The notes beneath the pieces were generated by a model. That model made no database searches. It saw only the letters and a program-made list of their open reading frames with translations, and was not told where the DNA came from. A stretch of DNA of 59,857 nucleotides, counting the filler, from Sluysia triapertura (taxonomy: Eukaryota), in assembly GCA_046118255.1 (NCBI GenBank). It is 4 parts of 4 records of this genome, joined end to end, with 100 filler letters (N's around TTAATTAATTAA, not from the genome) between each part and the next. Parts side by side here need not be neighbours in the genome. Positions count along the whole stretch, not along the records: positions 1 to 20,207 come from JBJNIA010033266.1; positions 20,308 to 31,062 come from JBJNIA010193880.1; 2 more parts are not named here. One strand, given 5' to 3'. The position numbers were made by a program, and so were the translations under genes. This document shows, in pieces, positions 11,711 to 24,769 of this stretch (the first letter of the stretch is position 1; every line of letters begins with the position of its first letter).

Positions 11711-12599
11711 GGGTCTGTATCCAGCTATTTTTTAATTCGCCATTTATTAAGACTATAATAATAATAATTATTATTATTACTATTATTATTATTTCAGTGA
11801 ACTCCTAATAATCACAAGCAAACACTGCCACAAATCAACACATCTTGCATAAGCAAGTTATTAAATAAACTACAACAGATCAAACCACTAGTCAATACAT
11901 ACAAAACATAAATACAGTCCTAATAATATCATGATTGTCCAAATCTGTTATATTATTATCGTTGTTGCAAGATTTTGACTACTGTTTTTCTTTATGATTG
12001 TATGAATGTGTCTATGTTATTGTATTTTTATCACTATTATTATTGTTATTACTTCCACTAATACTAAATATGGCTAAATACGATATTTCTGAAACAGAAA
12101 GAACTTTATTTTGTTTTAAATATTTCATTAATATCTCTTTCTAAATAACATAAAATAAGTCCTCAAATCGCTTAAAATATTTTTGAAGCATATAGAGAGA
12201 GAGAGATTTGTTTGAATTATGAATTATTAATATGAATTATTATTAATGATTGAATTGATATGAAAATAATAAATTAAATCTATTAAATTCTAATGTTATT
12301 TCAATGTGTAATATATTTGATATTTCTACATTTCTCATTTCCATTAACGTATTTTGAAGATGATTACCACATACTCGAAAATGGAGGTATCAATGTTACA
12401 TTAAATCATGTATATGTGAACACGAATGCAATTAATGGAGTAAGATGCGTTATATTTCGTTATAATGTATCTAGCTATTAAACTTATTAATATAAAGTTA
12501 TTTTTTCAATACTTTTTTTACTTAAATGTTTATATTAAACTCTGTTCATATTGAACAAGGTTGGCTGTATGTAGTAATTACAATACAAAAAAAGCTTAC

Positions 12600-12827
12600 T
12601 TTCTATATCTCGATCTATTGGAAGATACATATAAAGTATTCTACATTCTAAGTCCAATCTAAATTTTCCATACTTGTAGAGATCTTTTAGTAAACCGTTT
12701 TTGTATACAACATTTTTAGTAAGCACAATAACTCTTAACAAATTATTATAATACGCGTCAAGCAGAACTTCACAAATTAAGTGTAAATCATTCCCCAATA
12801 CTTCAAGAAAGAATTTCAGATCAGGTG
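12600..12827 (-). CDS. Open phase-1/phase-1 exon, divergent Ig-like domain
   Basis: caag acceptor and gtaagc donor, 228 nt; PDLKFFLEVLGNDLHLICE...LDLECRI. Confidence 0.5.
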
Positions 12828-14065
12828 CTTGAATTATAAAATTTAATTTAAATTCTTAATTCAGTTATAGTAAATTATAAAATTTTAGAGATTAAAATGA
12901 TTAAAATAAATAAATTTTTTATTCATTTTGTTCCAAATTTGAAATTTTTACTACTTGTTTACGAATTTAAATTTACGAATTTATATTAACTAAGTCCTTC
13001 AAAACTTGCTTTACAATATTTTGATATAATTCAATTGAAGTACCACGAGCAGTAGGCTCGCTTCTTTTGAATAAATTAATTTTATGCTGCATCTTTAAAT
13101 TTAGATACTATCTAATGATAGAGAGTAATGACTTCATGTTTTTTTAAAAGGAATTACATTAACTCAAATTTTACCTTTTTCATTTTTTTAGCGAAAAATT
13201 CAGAAATGCCATAAAATTGACAGTATTTATCGTACATGAATATTATGCATCAATAATATAAAATTGAAAACATAGATTAAATTAAATAGATAAATTATGT
13301 TGCAAGAGAATATTGATAAGCAAGATTATAATTCAAAATCATGACAGTAATTTACAAATGCTTACATTACGGAAGTCTTGAATATTTTTTTAGAAATAAT
13401 AAAGAAATTTGAAACCAAGATGAATATTTCATTGAGACAATAATAATCTATACAGAATCCACATTGATAATAAGCTAGATGATAGGTTGTATACCGTTTA
13501 TGTTTCAAAATATACAATCAGAATGTCAAATTACTGGAATATTATGAAATATTTAAGAAAAAGACAAAGTTGTTTCTGTTTCAGAAATATTATAGTGATA
13601 TTATAGTAATATTATAGTACTTACTTTGCAGTAGATATGAGCGCAATATAANNNNNNNNNNNNNNNNNNNNNNNNNNNNNNNNNNNNNNNNNNNNNNNNN
13701 NNNNNNNNNNNNNNNNNNNNNNNNNNNNNNNNNNNNNNNNNNNNNNNNNNNNNNNNNNNNNNNNNNNNNNNNNNNNNNNNNTTAAACATAATACTCATTT
13801 TTACTATTAACATTTTGTAAATAAATAATGTTCATTATAAACTCATTTATTTAATGATATAATGAAATAAATGTTGAAATCATTATTATTCATCTTAAAA
13901 TATTAATGCTTAAAAAATTACAAAGATTATAATGCCTTAGTATCAATTTAAAATGAGATTACATATAATTAATATAAATTTAAAATTTAATAACTTTTTC
14001 ACACAAAATTATACACTAAAATCGATAAATTGATTCATTGTAAATTGAAGTAAACGTCGGAAATA

Positions 14066-14720
14066 TTAGATTGGTGCATAAATTCGTGCGGTTTTATTTG
14101 TAGCAAAGAAAGCACACCAACTTCTTGTTTTAACTGATTTCAGTTATATTCATTCAGTTGAATTATATCTATTTAAATCATTTTAGACTAACTTTCACTT
14201 TCATTACCCTCATTTAAATGGAGTGTCAGGTAGATAAAAATGAACATTTTTGGTATCTACTCCTTTTCTATTTTAATCAACATTTAAACGCTGCACAAGC
14301 CAATAATTTTACAGCATGACAATGCTCGGTCTCATGTTGCCACAATGACAAAGTTGGCTTTTGAAGAGCGTGGCTGAGAATTCCTCCCAATACCCCGTAT
14401 TCGCTCGACTTGGCATAGCCCCAACAGATTTTCATCTTCTCCGCTCCATGTCGAACCATTTTTGTGGTCTCACATTTGAAAATGAAGAAACAATAACAAC
14501 GTGGATTGAAGAACTATTCGACCAAAAATCACCAAGTTTCTTCAAACGTAGGATTGACAAACAGCCAGAACGGTGGAAGGAAGTGATCGATTGTGGCGGA
14601 TAATATCTCACCGATTGAGACTGAGATATTTGTATTTTCTAATGATTTAATAAATTCATTTTTGCATGGTTTTCATTCTTGATCAATATGTATTGTTTTC
14701 ATAATTGTAAAAAACCACTA
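14066..14720 (+). mobile_element. Internally deleted mariner element
   Basis: TA followed by TIR TTAGATTGGTGCATAAATTCGTGCGGTTTT; MECQVDKNEHFWYLLLFYFNQ, LQHDNARSH, IAPTDFHLLRSMSNH, RWKEVIDCGG. Confidence 0.92.
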
Positions 14721-14948
14721 AAAAACGATAATCGATTATTTGTAATATCCTTTAGTTGTTATAGAATTGAATTTTAAAAGCTATTTCTTAAGAAAACTTA
14801 AGACGGAAACGTAATTTTGACGTATAAGTAATGCACAAAATAAGTAGTTAAATTTATTTGCTTTGATGTCACACAATTGCCAAAATTAAGAGAGAGATAA
14901 TTTAAAATTAGAGCAATAATTTTCATTTTAATAACAACTAACGTTTAC

Positions 14949-15212
14949 ACCATAAAGTTGTTATGCCGGAACTAAATTCTCGTAATCGACACTGAACACG
15001 GTAATAAGTGTTTTGGTGACATTTGGGATTACTATAAAATGCACGATTATTTGAAACCCTATCAAGTTCGTAATTAGTAGATGTGATTTCATATCCAAAC
15101 ATTAAAGCATTAATTTCAAAGTCAATAGGAAAATGTTGACAAAAAATTTTTATTGATTGTTCCATGTAAAATTCATTATTAGTTGGATATACTACAAATT
15201 TGACTTGAGTAT
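14949..15212 (-). CDS. Open phase-1/phase-1 exon, Ig-like domain
   Basis: ttccag acceptor and gtaaac donor, 264 nt; TQVKFVVYPTNNEFYMEQSIKIFC...YRVQCRL. Confidence 0.6.
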
Positions 15213-15307
15213 CTGGAAAATTTTGATGTTAATGTAAGAATACAATATTAATATGTATACCGTTATTTTGTAGTACTTAAATATTATTCCAGTACCCATA
15301 TGAATTG

Positions 15308-15308
<1 letters not shown>

Positions 15309-15378
<70 letters not shown>
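15309..15378. repeat. (AAT)n directly abutting (ATT)n: self-complementary microsatellite
   Basis: Read directly from the sequence. Confidence 0.9.
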
Positions 15379-15614
15379 GTGATGGCGACCTTGAATAAAT
15401 TTTGAAGTACAAAAATTCTTATTCACTTAATTAATTTAATTTAAAAGTATTAAATGAAATAATTTCAGATGAAAATAGTATTTTCAGAAGTCACACATTT
15501 GATAAAAGGTATTGAAAACGATTTTCTTTATCTTTAATCTAGGGAAAAATAAATTGTTAGCAGAGTTGGGTTAGAGTAAACAACTTTTTAAATAAAGTGG
15601 GCGTTCTGTAACTA

Positions 15615-16060
15615 CAGTGGTGGCCAAATTATTAGATTAAAACAAGAAAAATATGAAAAGTGGTCGTTTGTAAAGAAAACATCAGCGAGAAATGATAGAT
15701 ATTTGGTGAAACTTTCCACCAGCATGACTTTGCTGAAACAGTAAGAGACTAGCGGAATTCACGTTAGTCCAGAACAGTCAGGACAATGATTTGCCAGATA
15801 GACGACCCAGAAAAAAGCTTAGGTTGGCATGGTTTAAGGAAGACCAACATTTAACTGAGGATGACTGGAGTCAAGTGTGTTTTAGTGACGAGTCGTCCTT
15901 TCAAGTACTGAATGGCAAGACCACTTTTACAAAGAGACTTAATGAGGAGTTTGTTCATAGAAACTGTGAAACATCCAACTTTTGATTAATAGCTTCCTAG
16001 TATCCTTGAAAAATGTTAAATTTTATCAAAAAAATGGTTGCATTTATCTAATAATTTGTC
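15615..16060 (+). mobile_element. Deleted Tc1-like element
   Basis: TA followed by CAGTGGTGGCCAAATTATTAGA TIR; RKTSARNDRYLVK and RLAWFKEDQHLTEDDWSQVCFSDES (first D); partial right TIR TCTAATAATTTGTC near 16046. Confidence 0.88.
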
Positions 16061-16399
16061 TAATAGGCAAATCCTTACGCGCAGTTTACTTATTTCTTAT
16101 ATTTTTTGAGCACTTAATTATTATTTGCTGACTTTTTCTACTAAAAATTATAGTATAAAAATGATTAAAGAAGCTTTTGGATTTATTATTAATACTACAA
16201 TTCCGTCGTACTTTATCAATAATCCACAACAATTTAATCAAAAAACACAACTGTCGTGAATATTTATTATAAAATACAAAATTAATATACACAAAAGAAT
16301 ACCAAGAATTAGCAGAAAGCATAAAATAATAATAAAATATATTTTGAAATTAAAGCATTTTTTGAGCTTTTAATTCGTTATTTGTAATATTTTGGTTCC

Positions 16400-17194
16400 G
16401 ATTTTACTCCTCAATAAATCGGATAGTAAACAGTTTACAAACGAAATTTTAAGTATATTTTGAAATTTGCATTCAATGAGTGAAATCGTCTTGATAATAA
16501 AGGAAAACTTACTAATTTTTTAAAAATAATATCAATCTAAATCCGGCAAAATATGATTAAATTAAATTGTGAGTGTGAATATAAACAAGTCATCAACCAA
16601 TCAAAATCAGTGGAAATTTTATAATTTATAATTTATCTGTAATTGCTCATATTAATCCTTATCAGAAGATTAGTCAACCGGACATAATTAATTTAACTTA
16701 TCACACAGAGAGATGATGTGTATCTTTCCGGGATGAAATTAATGAGACAAGTTGACGTTCATTAAATTTTAAATAATACTAATGCGAGTTACGGTGCTTA
16801 TTTTTTAACTTCAATTCGAAAACCTTTACATTAGAATTGATTAAACGAATAACAGTTGGTTTTTTAAATGTGAAATTTTTATATTTTATTATGTTATCAT
16901 CACAGCCCTCTAAAATCATATAAAATGTTTTAAAATTATTTATAAATCTTTAAAATCACTTAAAAAATAAATACTATCCAAAAAAGAAAATTAACTTCTA
17001 AAAATAGAATAAAAACTTCTAGAAGGTTGTAGAACATTCTATCGATTCCTATTGGCTGATGAATAGTATATCAAAACCAGATTTTTTAAAGGTAATACTA
17101 ATTTTAATTAAGAAAGTTAGTATTATAAAATCAATGTAAAATCTATTTTTTAAAATAAAAAATTAAGTTTCCCCGATTTATTGAGGGTAAAATC
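16400..17194. mobile_element. About 800-bp non-autonomous element with long imperfect TIRs (foldback/MULE-like)
   Basis: GATTTTACTCCTCAATAAATCGG (16400) versus CCGATTTATTGAGGGTAAAATC (17173); inner inverted pair CATCAACCAATC (about 16591) and ATTGGCTGATG (about 17051); partial copies at about 29610-29730 and 43570. Confidence 0.65.
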
Positions 17195-20136
17195 CAAGTA
17201 ATATAATTTATTAACACATTTAAAGGCTATTACAGCTTTAATTATTTCTTCCACCACCATTACTCTTTATTTTAAATATCAATACTTGTGAAATTGTTAT
17301 TAGATTTTGTTTAATAAAGTTTTTGAATTTGTAGTCTTAGCTTTGTTAGGTACAAATCACAGGAACGCTCACTATAATACTCTTGCTTTAACCAGACCCT
17401 GCTCAAAAACATTTTTCCGTAGATAAAACCACAGCATTTTTGAGCTCAGTAATTATAATTGATTTTTAAGAGTACTTTTTATATAACAATATATTTATAG
17501 AGAATACATTTACTTACCAATACTAAAAATATACTAACATCTGGCTTTATAACATCGTTTTTCTTCATTTCTTCCGTCAGTACAAGATACACAAAATGCC
17601 GGATCACATATTGGCCCTACTGTCACATCATTGTCTAAAGACTTGTTATGTTTCTTTGGTAGATCATTAAAGTAAGGATTTTTACTACCACCACTACGAA
17701 GAATACAAAGTAATCTTATAGATATATTGCATAAATAATGAGCTGTATCCGGGAGAATGATTGAATGGGAAGGTGAATCTAAATATGAGTACAACCTATG
17801 TCAAAAGTGCACTTTCTGAAAACATTTACAATAGCATATTGTTCATACTCTTCGATTTACATATTTATAATTTTACTGTGAATCATATGAAATTTCTTAG
17901 ATATATTTAATGAAAAAATTTACTTTTATGTTCAATCGTAAACATAAACCAGGGCAACAATTAGAATAAGAGAACAAACAGTAGAATAAATGTAAATCAA
18001 TTAGATGCAACTGAGCAAACTGAAGGACTGTAGGAATGAATTTATATTAAAAATTTTAACAAAGCCATTTTTATGGTGATTATTTCTGAGAATATTATTA
18101 ATTCCCATATGGAATTAAATAATAATTTCCATTAATAGCTATATTATTGTTAATATCATTATTGTTAATAAAGTTTCTTAAGCTTTCAGTTTTAAAATGG
18201 ACCACACATAATTGAATTTTGATTATAATTCTTATTATGAGTATCATCTCCCAAATTTGGTCATATATTCGGATCTTGATTCGAAATATTGATGAATAAA
18301 CTTTAATGATGAATAAACTGTTTAACTTCACTCATTTTAGGATACACAGTAATCAATTAAGTAACATTTGTTTAATTTCTAGTTACCATAAATATTTTTG
18401 TAGAAATTTCATCAGCTGTAGCAGTAACATATTCCCTTTGACATCATCTGAACCATGTGGTTTTTTTTGTTATATCGTTTTTAATTTTCGTTAATCGAAC
18501 TTAAACAAATATGAAGCCATTTAATAAAATCAGAAGAAATAAACAACAATCTCAACATAAAGTTAATGAAAATTTAAAAATATACTTTATATTATATAAA
18601 TGAAATATTGAATAGAAAAATAAAGCAAACCATTTAAAATAAATTAAATGGAAAATAAAATTAATACTAACATAAATAAAAACTTTCTATCATTATAAAT
18701 AATATGGATATCATAAATCAATATTAAAATTATATTCTTTAATTTTTGTAAAATTAATTTTGCATATTTTTGAGATTTTTGGTGATTGAAATAAGTTTAT
18801 ACTTGGGATTATTATGTATGTATAATAATATCAAAATGAATATTTATAAAGAGTTTACTATGCTAAATTTAATAATATAATTTTGACAATATTAAAATAA
18901 ATCTGGATAATTTAGTTTATATAATGGCAATTTTTAAAAAATATCTCTTAAATCACTTCAGAATATAATGAATTTCATCGGCTTTCAAAATCAATTATTT
19001 GTTCATTTTTATGTTTATTGTTGATTAGACTATACCGTTAGATTTTACAAATTAATTTTATTCTAAATTACATCTCGAAAAATATGAAGAAATATATCTT
19101 AATCAAAATATGAAATCCAAAAAGTAATTCATCAAAATATTAACAAAAAATGAAAATTTTAAATTAATAAGATAAAAAACAAACTTACGGTGCCCTCTGA
19201 GTGGTTTTTCTAACACTTAACCAACCGCAAAATATTTTTGAGTAGGGTCCAGTTACAGTAAACACGTCTTATGTCGTGAAGAGGGTGTTTCTTAATTAGA
19301 GTCTTATTAAATGCTCACTTATAAAAATTGTTCTGCTTACATAATCTTTAATAAAAAATTAATTACCAATAAATTCACAAAGAATTATATTTAAAAAAGA
19401 ATTCAAATAATAAACTATACAATTAAATAACACTAAGAAAGATAGATTACTGGAACAAAAATCAAAATTGAATATTGCTAGTGTTTTTCTTTTACTTAGC
19501 AAATTGTAATTACCAATGAAGGTTCGCCTACGATACATCTAAGAAGACGTACCCGCATTTATAAACTCGAGGTTATATTTGGGAAAAGTTATTATTGTAA
19601 TACTTGCATCTTGGCCTTATGTTATACGACGGTATTTCTTATTTAAGAGATTTATCAATGCAGTAAATTCTCTGAGGGTTTCTTCGTTAATTAGTCTACA
19701 TAAGATGGTTTATATTCTATCTACCTAAACACCAATAAAAATTATACTTGTAAATAAGTATGTTGTAGGATCAATGCTATCTTTATTTTAAGGAATTTGA
19801 TTCTTTTTCAAGATGAGTCATTTCTCTCTAGATTTTATTTTATTTAGGCATCAATGAACTTTAAATAAATGTGAACTATCAGTAAATATGTTTTTTTTCT
19901 ATAAATTCTATTCATCCTTAATTAATTGTTAATTTTAGTAAACTTCTTTTATTTAATTGTCTGAATTTAATTAATATAGGTAAATTGAATATCTCTGTAA
20001 TTCCTTCGTATCCTCCGTAGACAATGTTTTATAAATAATCTCATTAATTAAATTAAATTAATTTATTACATCGTTTTACTGTTGTTTTATTTGAATTAGA
20101 ACGCTAAATGTTAGATTTCTTGACATTCTTATAATT

Positions 20137-20207
<71 letters not shown>

Positions 20208-20307
20208 NNNNNNNNNNNNNNNNNNNNNNNNNNNNNNNNNNNNNNNNNNNNTTAATTAATTAANNNNNNNNNNNNNNNNNNNNNNNNNNNNNNNNNNNNN
20301 NNNNNNN
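20208..20307. other. Artificial contig-join spacer
   Basis: 44 N + TTAATTAATTAA (stops in all six frames) + 44 N. Confidence 0.97.
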
Positions 20308-21292
20308 TTTATTTATTTTAAAAATTTCCGAACCCTTCACCATTTTTAAATGTAATTTAAAATCTTAATCTAAAATATTTTCCAAACTTTTAAAATAAAT
20401 TATTCTTAAGATTTTTAAATTCAATTATTATCATTAAGATTATAATGCTTTTACATTACTTTAAAATGAGATTCAATGGAATTAATATAAAATTAAAATT
20501 TAATAACAAATATTAACCAATATAAATTGCAACCAGATAAAACCATTATTTTAAAATAAGATTCTATAATGACAATATGAAATCAAATTTTGAGAACATA
20601 AAATCCAAGTAAAATTATTAATACATAAGTTAAAATTATATTAAACTGAGATTGAATAACATTAGTATGTAATTAAAAATTAACATTATCCTCAATCAAA
20701 ATTAACTTAAATTAAAGAATAGGCAGAGTAAGAGAATAATGTGATGTCAAATTTAAAAGCATCATAATTATCTTAAAATAAGAATGAATATTAATTATAT
20801 GTAATCAAAATTTAATAGTGTTGAATAGGATAAAATTTAATAACTGTAAAACTAATTGTATATTCAAGAGAAATACTATTTTTATGCATTGCTATTGATT
20901 TATCATATACTAACTAATATTACTCATTGTATCTGCTACCACTATTGTTGCTACTGCTATTTAATTATTGTGTATAATCTACCGTATATATCAATCGCTA
21001 TATTGAATTTATTATATACTACTAATAAAAATTAAATTATATAATAAAAATTTTCACAAAGAACAGTATAAATATCGCTGCAGTATAAACGTCGGAACCA
21101 CATGATCAAATTCAAGCTACCAACTATCAAAGGAGGTTTTAAATTCATCGTGGAGCGATATATTATTGTCAATTCATTAACATCAACGTTGACTTATTGA
21201 CTTATTAATGATACGACTCTGAAACATTTGTAGTACACGCCAATAGATGTAAGATGGCACCAAGTTAAGAAGTTAAAAAGTCATTATTAAAA

Positions 21293-21880
21293 GTGAAACC
21301 GAAAATAAAAGATCGCGACAAACCACCTTCAGTCCAATCGTCGGTTGACAAGCAAATATTAATGATGTTAAATGTTTCAACTGGTGTACGAACACACATT
21401 TTTCAAAATGTGCGTTTCAATGGTAGATGGATTCGAGCCGTTATTGATACAGGAGCCACTACATCCGTAATACACTATAATATTTTGACCACATGAATTT
21501 GGATCCGCAAAATGCAACAATTTATAACGTAGAACAAACACCAACACATGAACGATATAATGCATGGGCACTTAGACATATTGGATCAACGAGTAAATGT
21601 ATATATACACGTATGAGGAGATTCTCATTTTGATCTAATAATTGGTTTAGACATAATTGATAAATTGGACGATATAGTAATACGTAGTAAATATGGTTTT
21701 ATAAAATTTCCACAAGGAGCACAGATGATAATACCTCAGATTGTCATTCCGCACATCGGTGACGAAATTACCTTATACGAAACTCCAATTCATAATCTAC
21801 TGGCACAGTACTGCTACCTGATCGACTATCTGATATGTTATGGGACAACTCATCTATTATTTAATCATTGTCATCTGTAA
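21293..21880 (+). pseudogene. Retropepsin (retroviral-type aspartic protease) ORF with three in-frame stops
   Basis: Single frame: NGRWIRAVIDTGATTSVI (catalytic DTG at 21446)...GDSHFDLIIGLDIIDKL (ILGxD motif). Confidence 0.85.
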
Positions 21881-22432
21881 CGAGCGAATTTTCGGAATCA
21901 GGAATTGGCTCTTGACAAAGTAATGCTTACATTTACTAAGGCGAATAATCATAAGAAATCACGATGGACGACATTACCAATATTACTAGTTTTATTCCTA
22001 TCTCTAATTAATTTTGTTAAATCTATAGATATTGAATAAGTTGAGGAATATAGAAACTAATAAATAATAATGGAAAATAACAAAAAACATCAATCACTAA
22101 CATTTATAATTAGTATTGGGAAATAAAATTTAGTTCGAAGAAAATGTTTTTGCGACTTAAATTTGATATATATTGCATTTATCTAGAGCCGTTACTAGTT
22201 GGTAAACCGCACCATGTAGATAAGACTCCGCATAGTTTACAATACGCATTGGCATTGGACACAAAACGAAACACGAGGAAGGTGCAAAATATTACAAATA
22301 AATATGTGAATAATTGCACATCTGCATTCAAAAATAATAATAATCCATGAAACGATATATTGCCTAATGTTGTCACGTTAATATATAAACTAATTCCTAT
22401 TTCGGTAATTCTTATAGTAATATCCTCAATTT

Positions 22433-23160
22433 GTGATTGATTTTAGTAGAAAGATATGTGTATTCGCAGTTAACAAAAATCTGATACTATTAATGTTAAT
22501 TACCAGAGTACAGTGTAATACATACGATGTACAAATTTATAAAACCGAATATTTTGAATTTCGTAATTATGATACGGAAGTTAGAGTTAAAGTATTCAAA
22601 ATGACATTCAAGTTAGATTTATGTGTTTAAACCAGCTCGACTTAGCTTTAGTTCATAGAACGTACAGGAATATATTAATAATTGGTAAATCCCATTGTTC
22701 TATGTACTGATTTCTTGGCTAATGAAGAGCGACATATTATTGCTAGAATATTTGTTGCACCAGCAAAATTAGAACAATTGTATTTTCCATTAAAGGGAAC
22801 ACGGAAATATCTATCGTATCAGAAATGTTAAAAAATGATCCAGCTCTATTAATATTAGCAGCAATACTATTTATCATCACTTTATCAATAGTTATAGTAG
22901 TGAGTATTATGTTTGTTCAAACAGATGAAGATATTGGTGTTTACCTCCAAATAATGACGATAATCGGTATACCATAAATACATAGAAGTAATTATGAACT
23001 GCCACCATGATCTCCGTTAAGACCACCTCCTGTTTGTGAATATGCAACAGGCAACAATTCACCTTTAATGTACAGTGGTTGGCAAATGACAAGTTTACAG
23101 TGTGTCATGTTAGCATGGATGTGTATGACTTGTATAATTAATGTGCATACAAAATAAATA
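22433..23160 (+). pseudogene. Decayed intronless type-I membrane protein ORF
   Basis: Signal-like LILLMLITRVQC, an ectodomain, a frameshifted TM segment PALLILAAILFIITLSIVIVVSIMF, then a Tyr/Pro tail NYELPP*SPLRPPPVCEYA. Confidence 0.5.
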
Positions 23161-23553
23161 ATATTTAGACCATGGTCTACGCTTAAATCACTTCAGCGAA
23201 TTATATACGCAGAAATATTGTATTGTAGTTTTGTGATATTGATAATATCTCTATGAGTTGCTGTTTGACTAATACAAAATATTGGATAGCAGCTTGCGAT
23301 GGTCTTGTAGAAAATCAATTATTTAATATTGGTAGTGTTTTCTTAAACTTATTCACTGCAAATTATCTGAGAAGTCGCCTAATATATACGATTTACACCA
23401 CTAATTGGAGACGTACTATTAGGTTTTCTTAATTACATTTAACTTATGCCTTAGACTTATCTTTTATATTAATCGCTTGAAGTACTTAAATCAATTTATA
23501 TTGCAATTCTTTATTAGATATTGTTTAATTAAACTTTTATATTTTTATACTTA

Positions 23554-23825
23554 CGCAACCCGTATTAAGGTGTTGCTTTATCAAACAAATTTTAAATTAA
23601 TAAATAAGAAAGACACTTAAAATCCTTAATGTATATTAACACAACTAAAAGTCGAACGCTTACAAAAGTGACTTATAATAAAAATAAGATTTTAAATCAA
23701 CTACTCAATTGGCATTGTAGCTATCAAATATTTTAATAAGATTTTTCGCAACCCGTATTAAGGTGTTGCATTAAAAATAGGAATATTTTTAATGTATTTT
23801 GGGTTTCCTCTCTTAGAGTGAAACC
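23554..23825 (+). repeat. Two identical 23-nt hairpin units plus a GGTTTC/GAAACC hairpin
   Basis: CGCAACCCGTATTAAGGTGTTGC at 23554 and 23747; GGTTTC..GAAACC at 23802-23825. Confidence 0.85.
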
Positions 23826-23950
23826 ATAAAACTTATTAAAATAAAAATTACTTGTGGTACATGGAATTGAAAATATTAAACAAAATCTTCTGGAATTTTT
23901 TTTGTAATTGTTATGTTAAAAGCTTACCTATTTATATCTATTTAATCCAA

Positions 23951-24769
23951 TATGTCTTCCAATGAATTTAATTTGAAACGTTTAAACAAATTTAAATTTA
24001 TTAATTTGAAAAATAAATATTTAATAAAAAATTTGTATATTACATATTAGACATAAACATTTACATCGACAATATTACTTTAATTTTGGAAGTCGAATAC
24101 GAACCAAATCAAAATTCGAAAATTATATCAATACACAATTACAAAATTTGAAAAAAGCCTTATGTTTTTGATCAACTTTCGACGATTATCAAATTTCCGA
24201 TGCTATTTAAATAAAGAGAGTAATAATTTCGTTCGCATAACAAATCATTTAACAGAAAACACTATATTAATCGGTTACGAACTGGATACAGAAGATCATT
24301 ATGCACTAATACTCCTCAATGTTTCTTCATCTATCTTTTGTACCAGGACAACCTTACATTTATTGAGGTTTGGATTCTACGTTACAATGAAATTCACGAT
24401 ACACTGGGATTTTGGCCAGAATATAGAGTATGCGACTTAAGCGTACCAATTTTAGATAAATTGGATATTACTGCTACTTCAACACCAGTCATTACTACTA
24501 CTGCTACTTCAAATAAAGTAAATGTCACACATAATACTACGACTATAGGTTATTCTGTCAATATAGTTAAGAATTTAAGTGTACCGAATAAAAATCATTT
24601 ACAGGAAAATATAACAAATGACTTTATATTAAAACTTTATCATGTTATATTTAGTTACTACATTTTCACTTCGTTTCTTTTTCTTACAACAGCAGTACAT
24701 ACTATATTTCAGACTCATAAGTTCTACTTATTTATTAGGCATAGGAACCACTTGTTTATTAAAACTTAA
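23951..24769 (+). pseudogene. Frameshifted ORF for a membrane glycoprotein (Thr-rich stalk, C-terminal TM)
   Basis: Overlapping ORFs 24162-24440 and 24338-24769; TATSTPVITTTATS, sequons NVT/NTT/NLS/NIT, hydrophobic VIFSYYIFTSFLFLTTAV. Confidence 0.5.

Noticed and set aside
13601-13813. 70-aa ORF
   Set aside because: Spans an N gap
15384-15392. Retrotransposon PBS (TGGCGACC)
   Set aside because: Not preceded by an LTR ending in CA; follows a microsatellite
22433-23160. Alternative genetic code (TAA/TAG read-through) and an Ig 'ATYYC' motif
   Set aside because: TGA stops and frameshifts also occur, and innexin uses a standard TAA stop; ATYYC lies in a stop-rich frame
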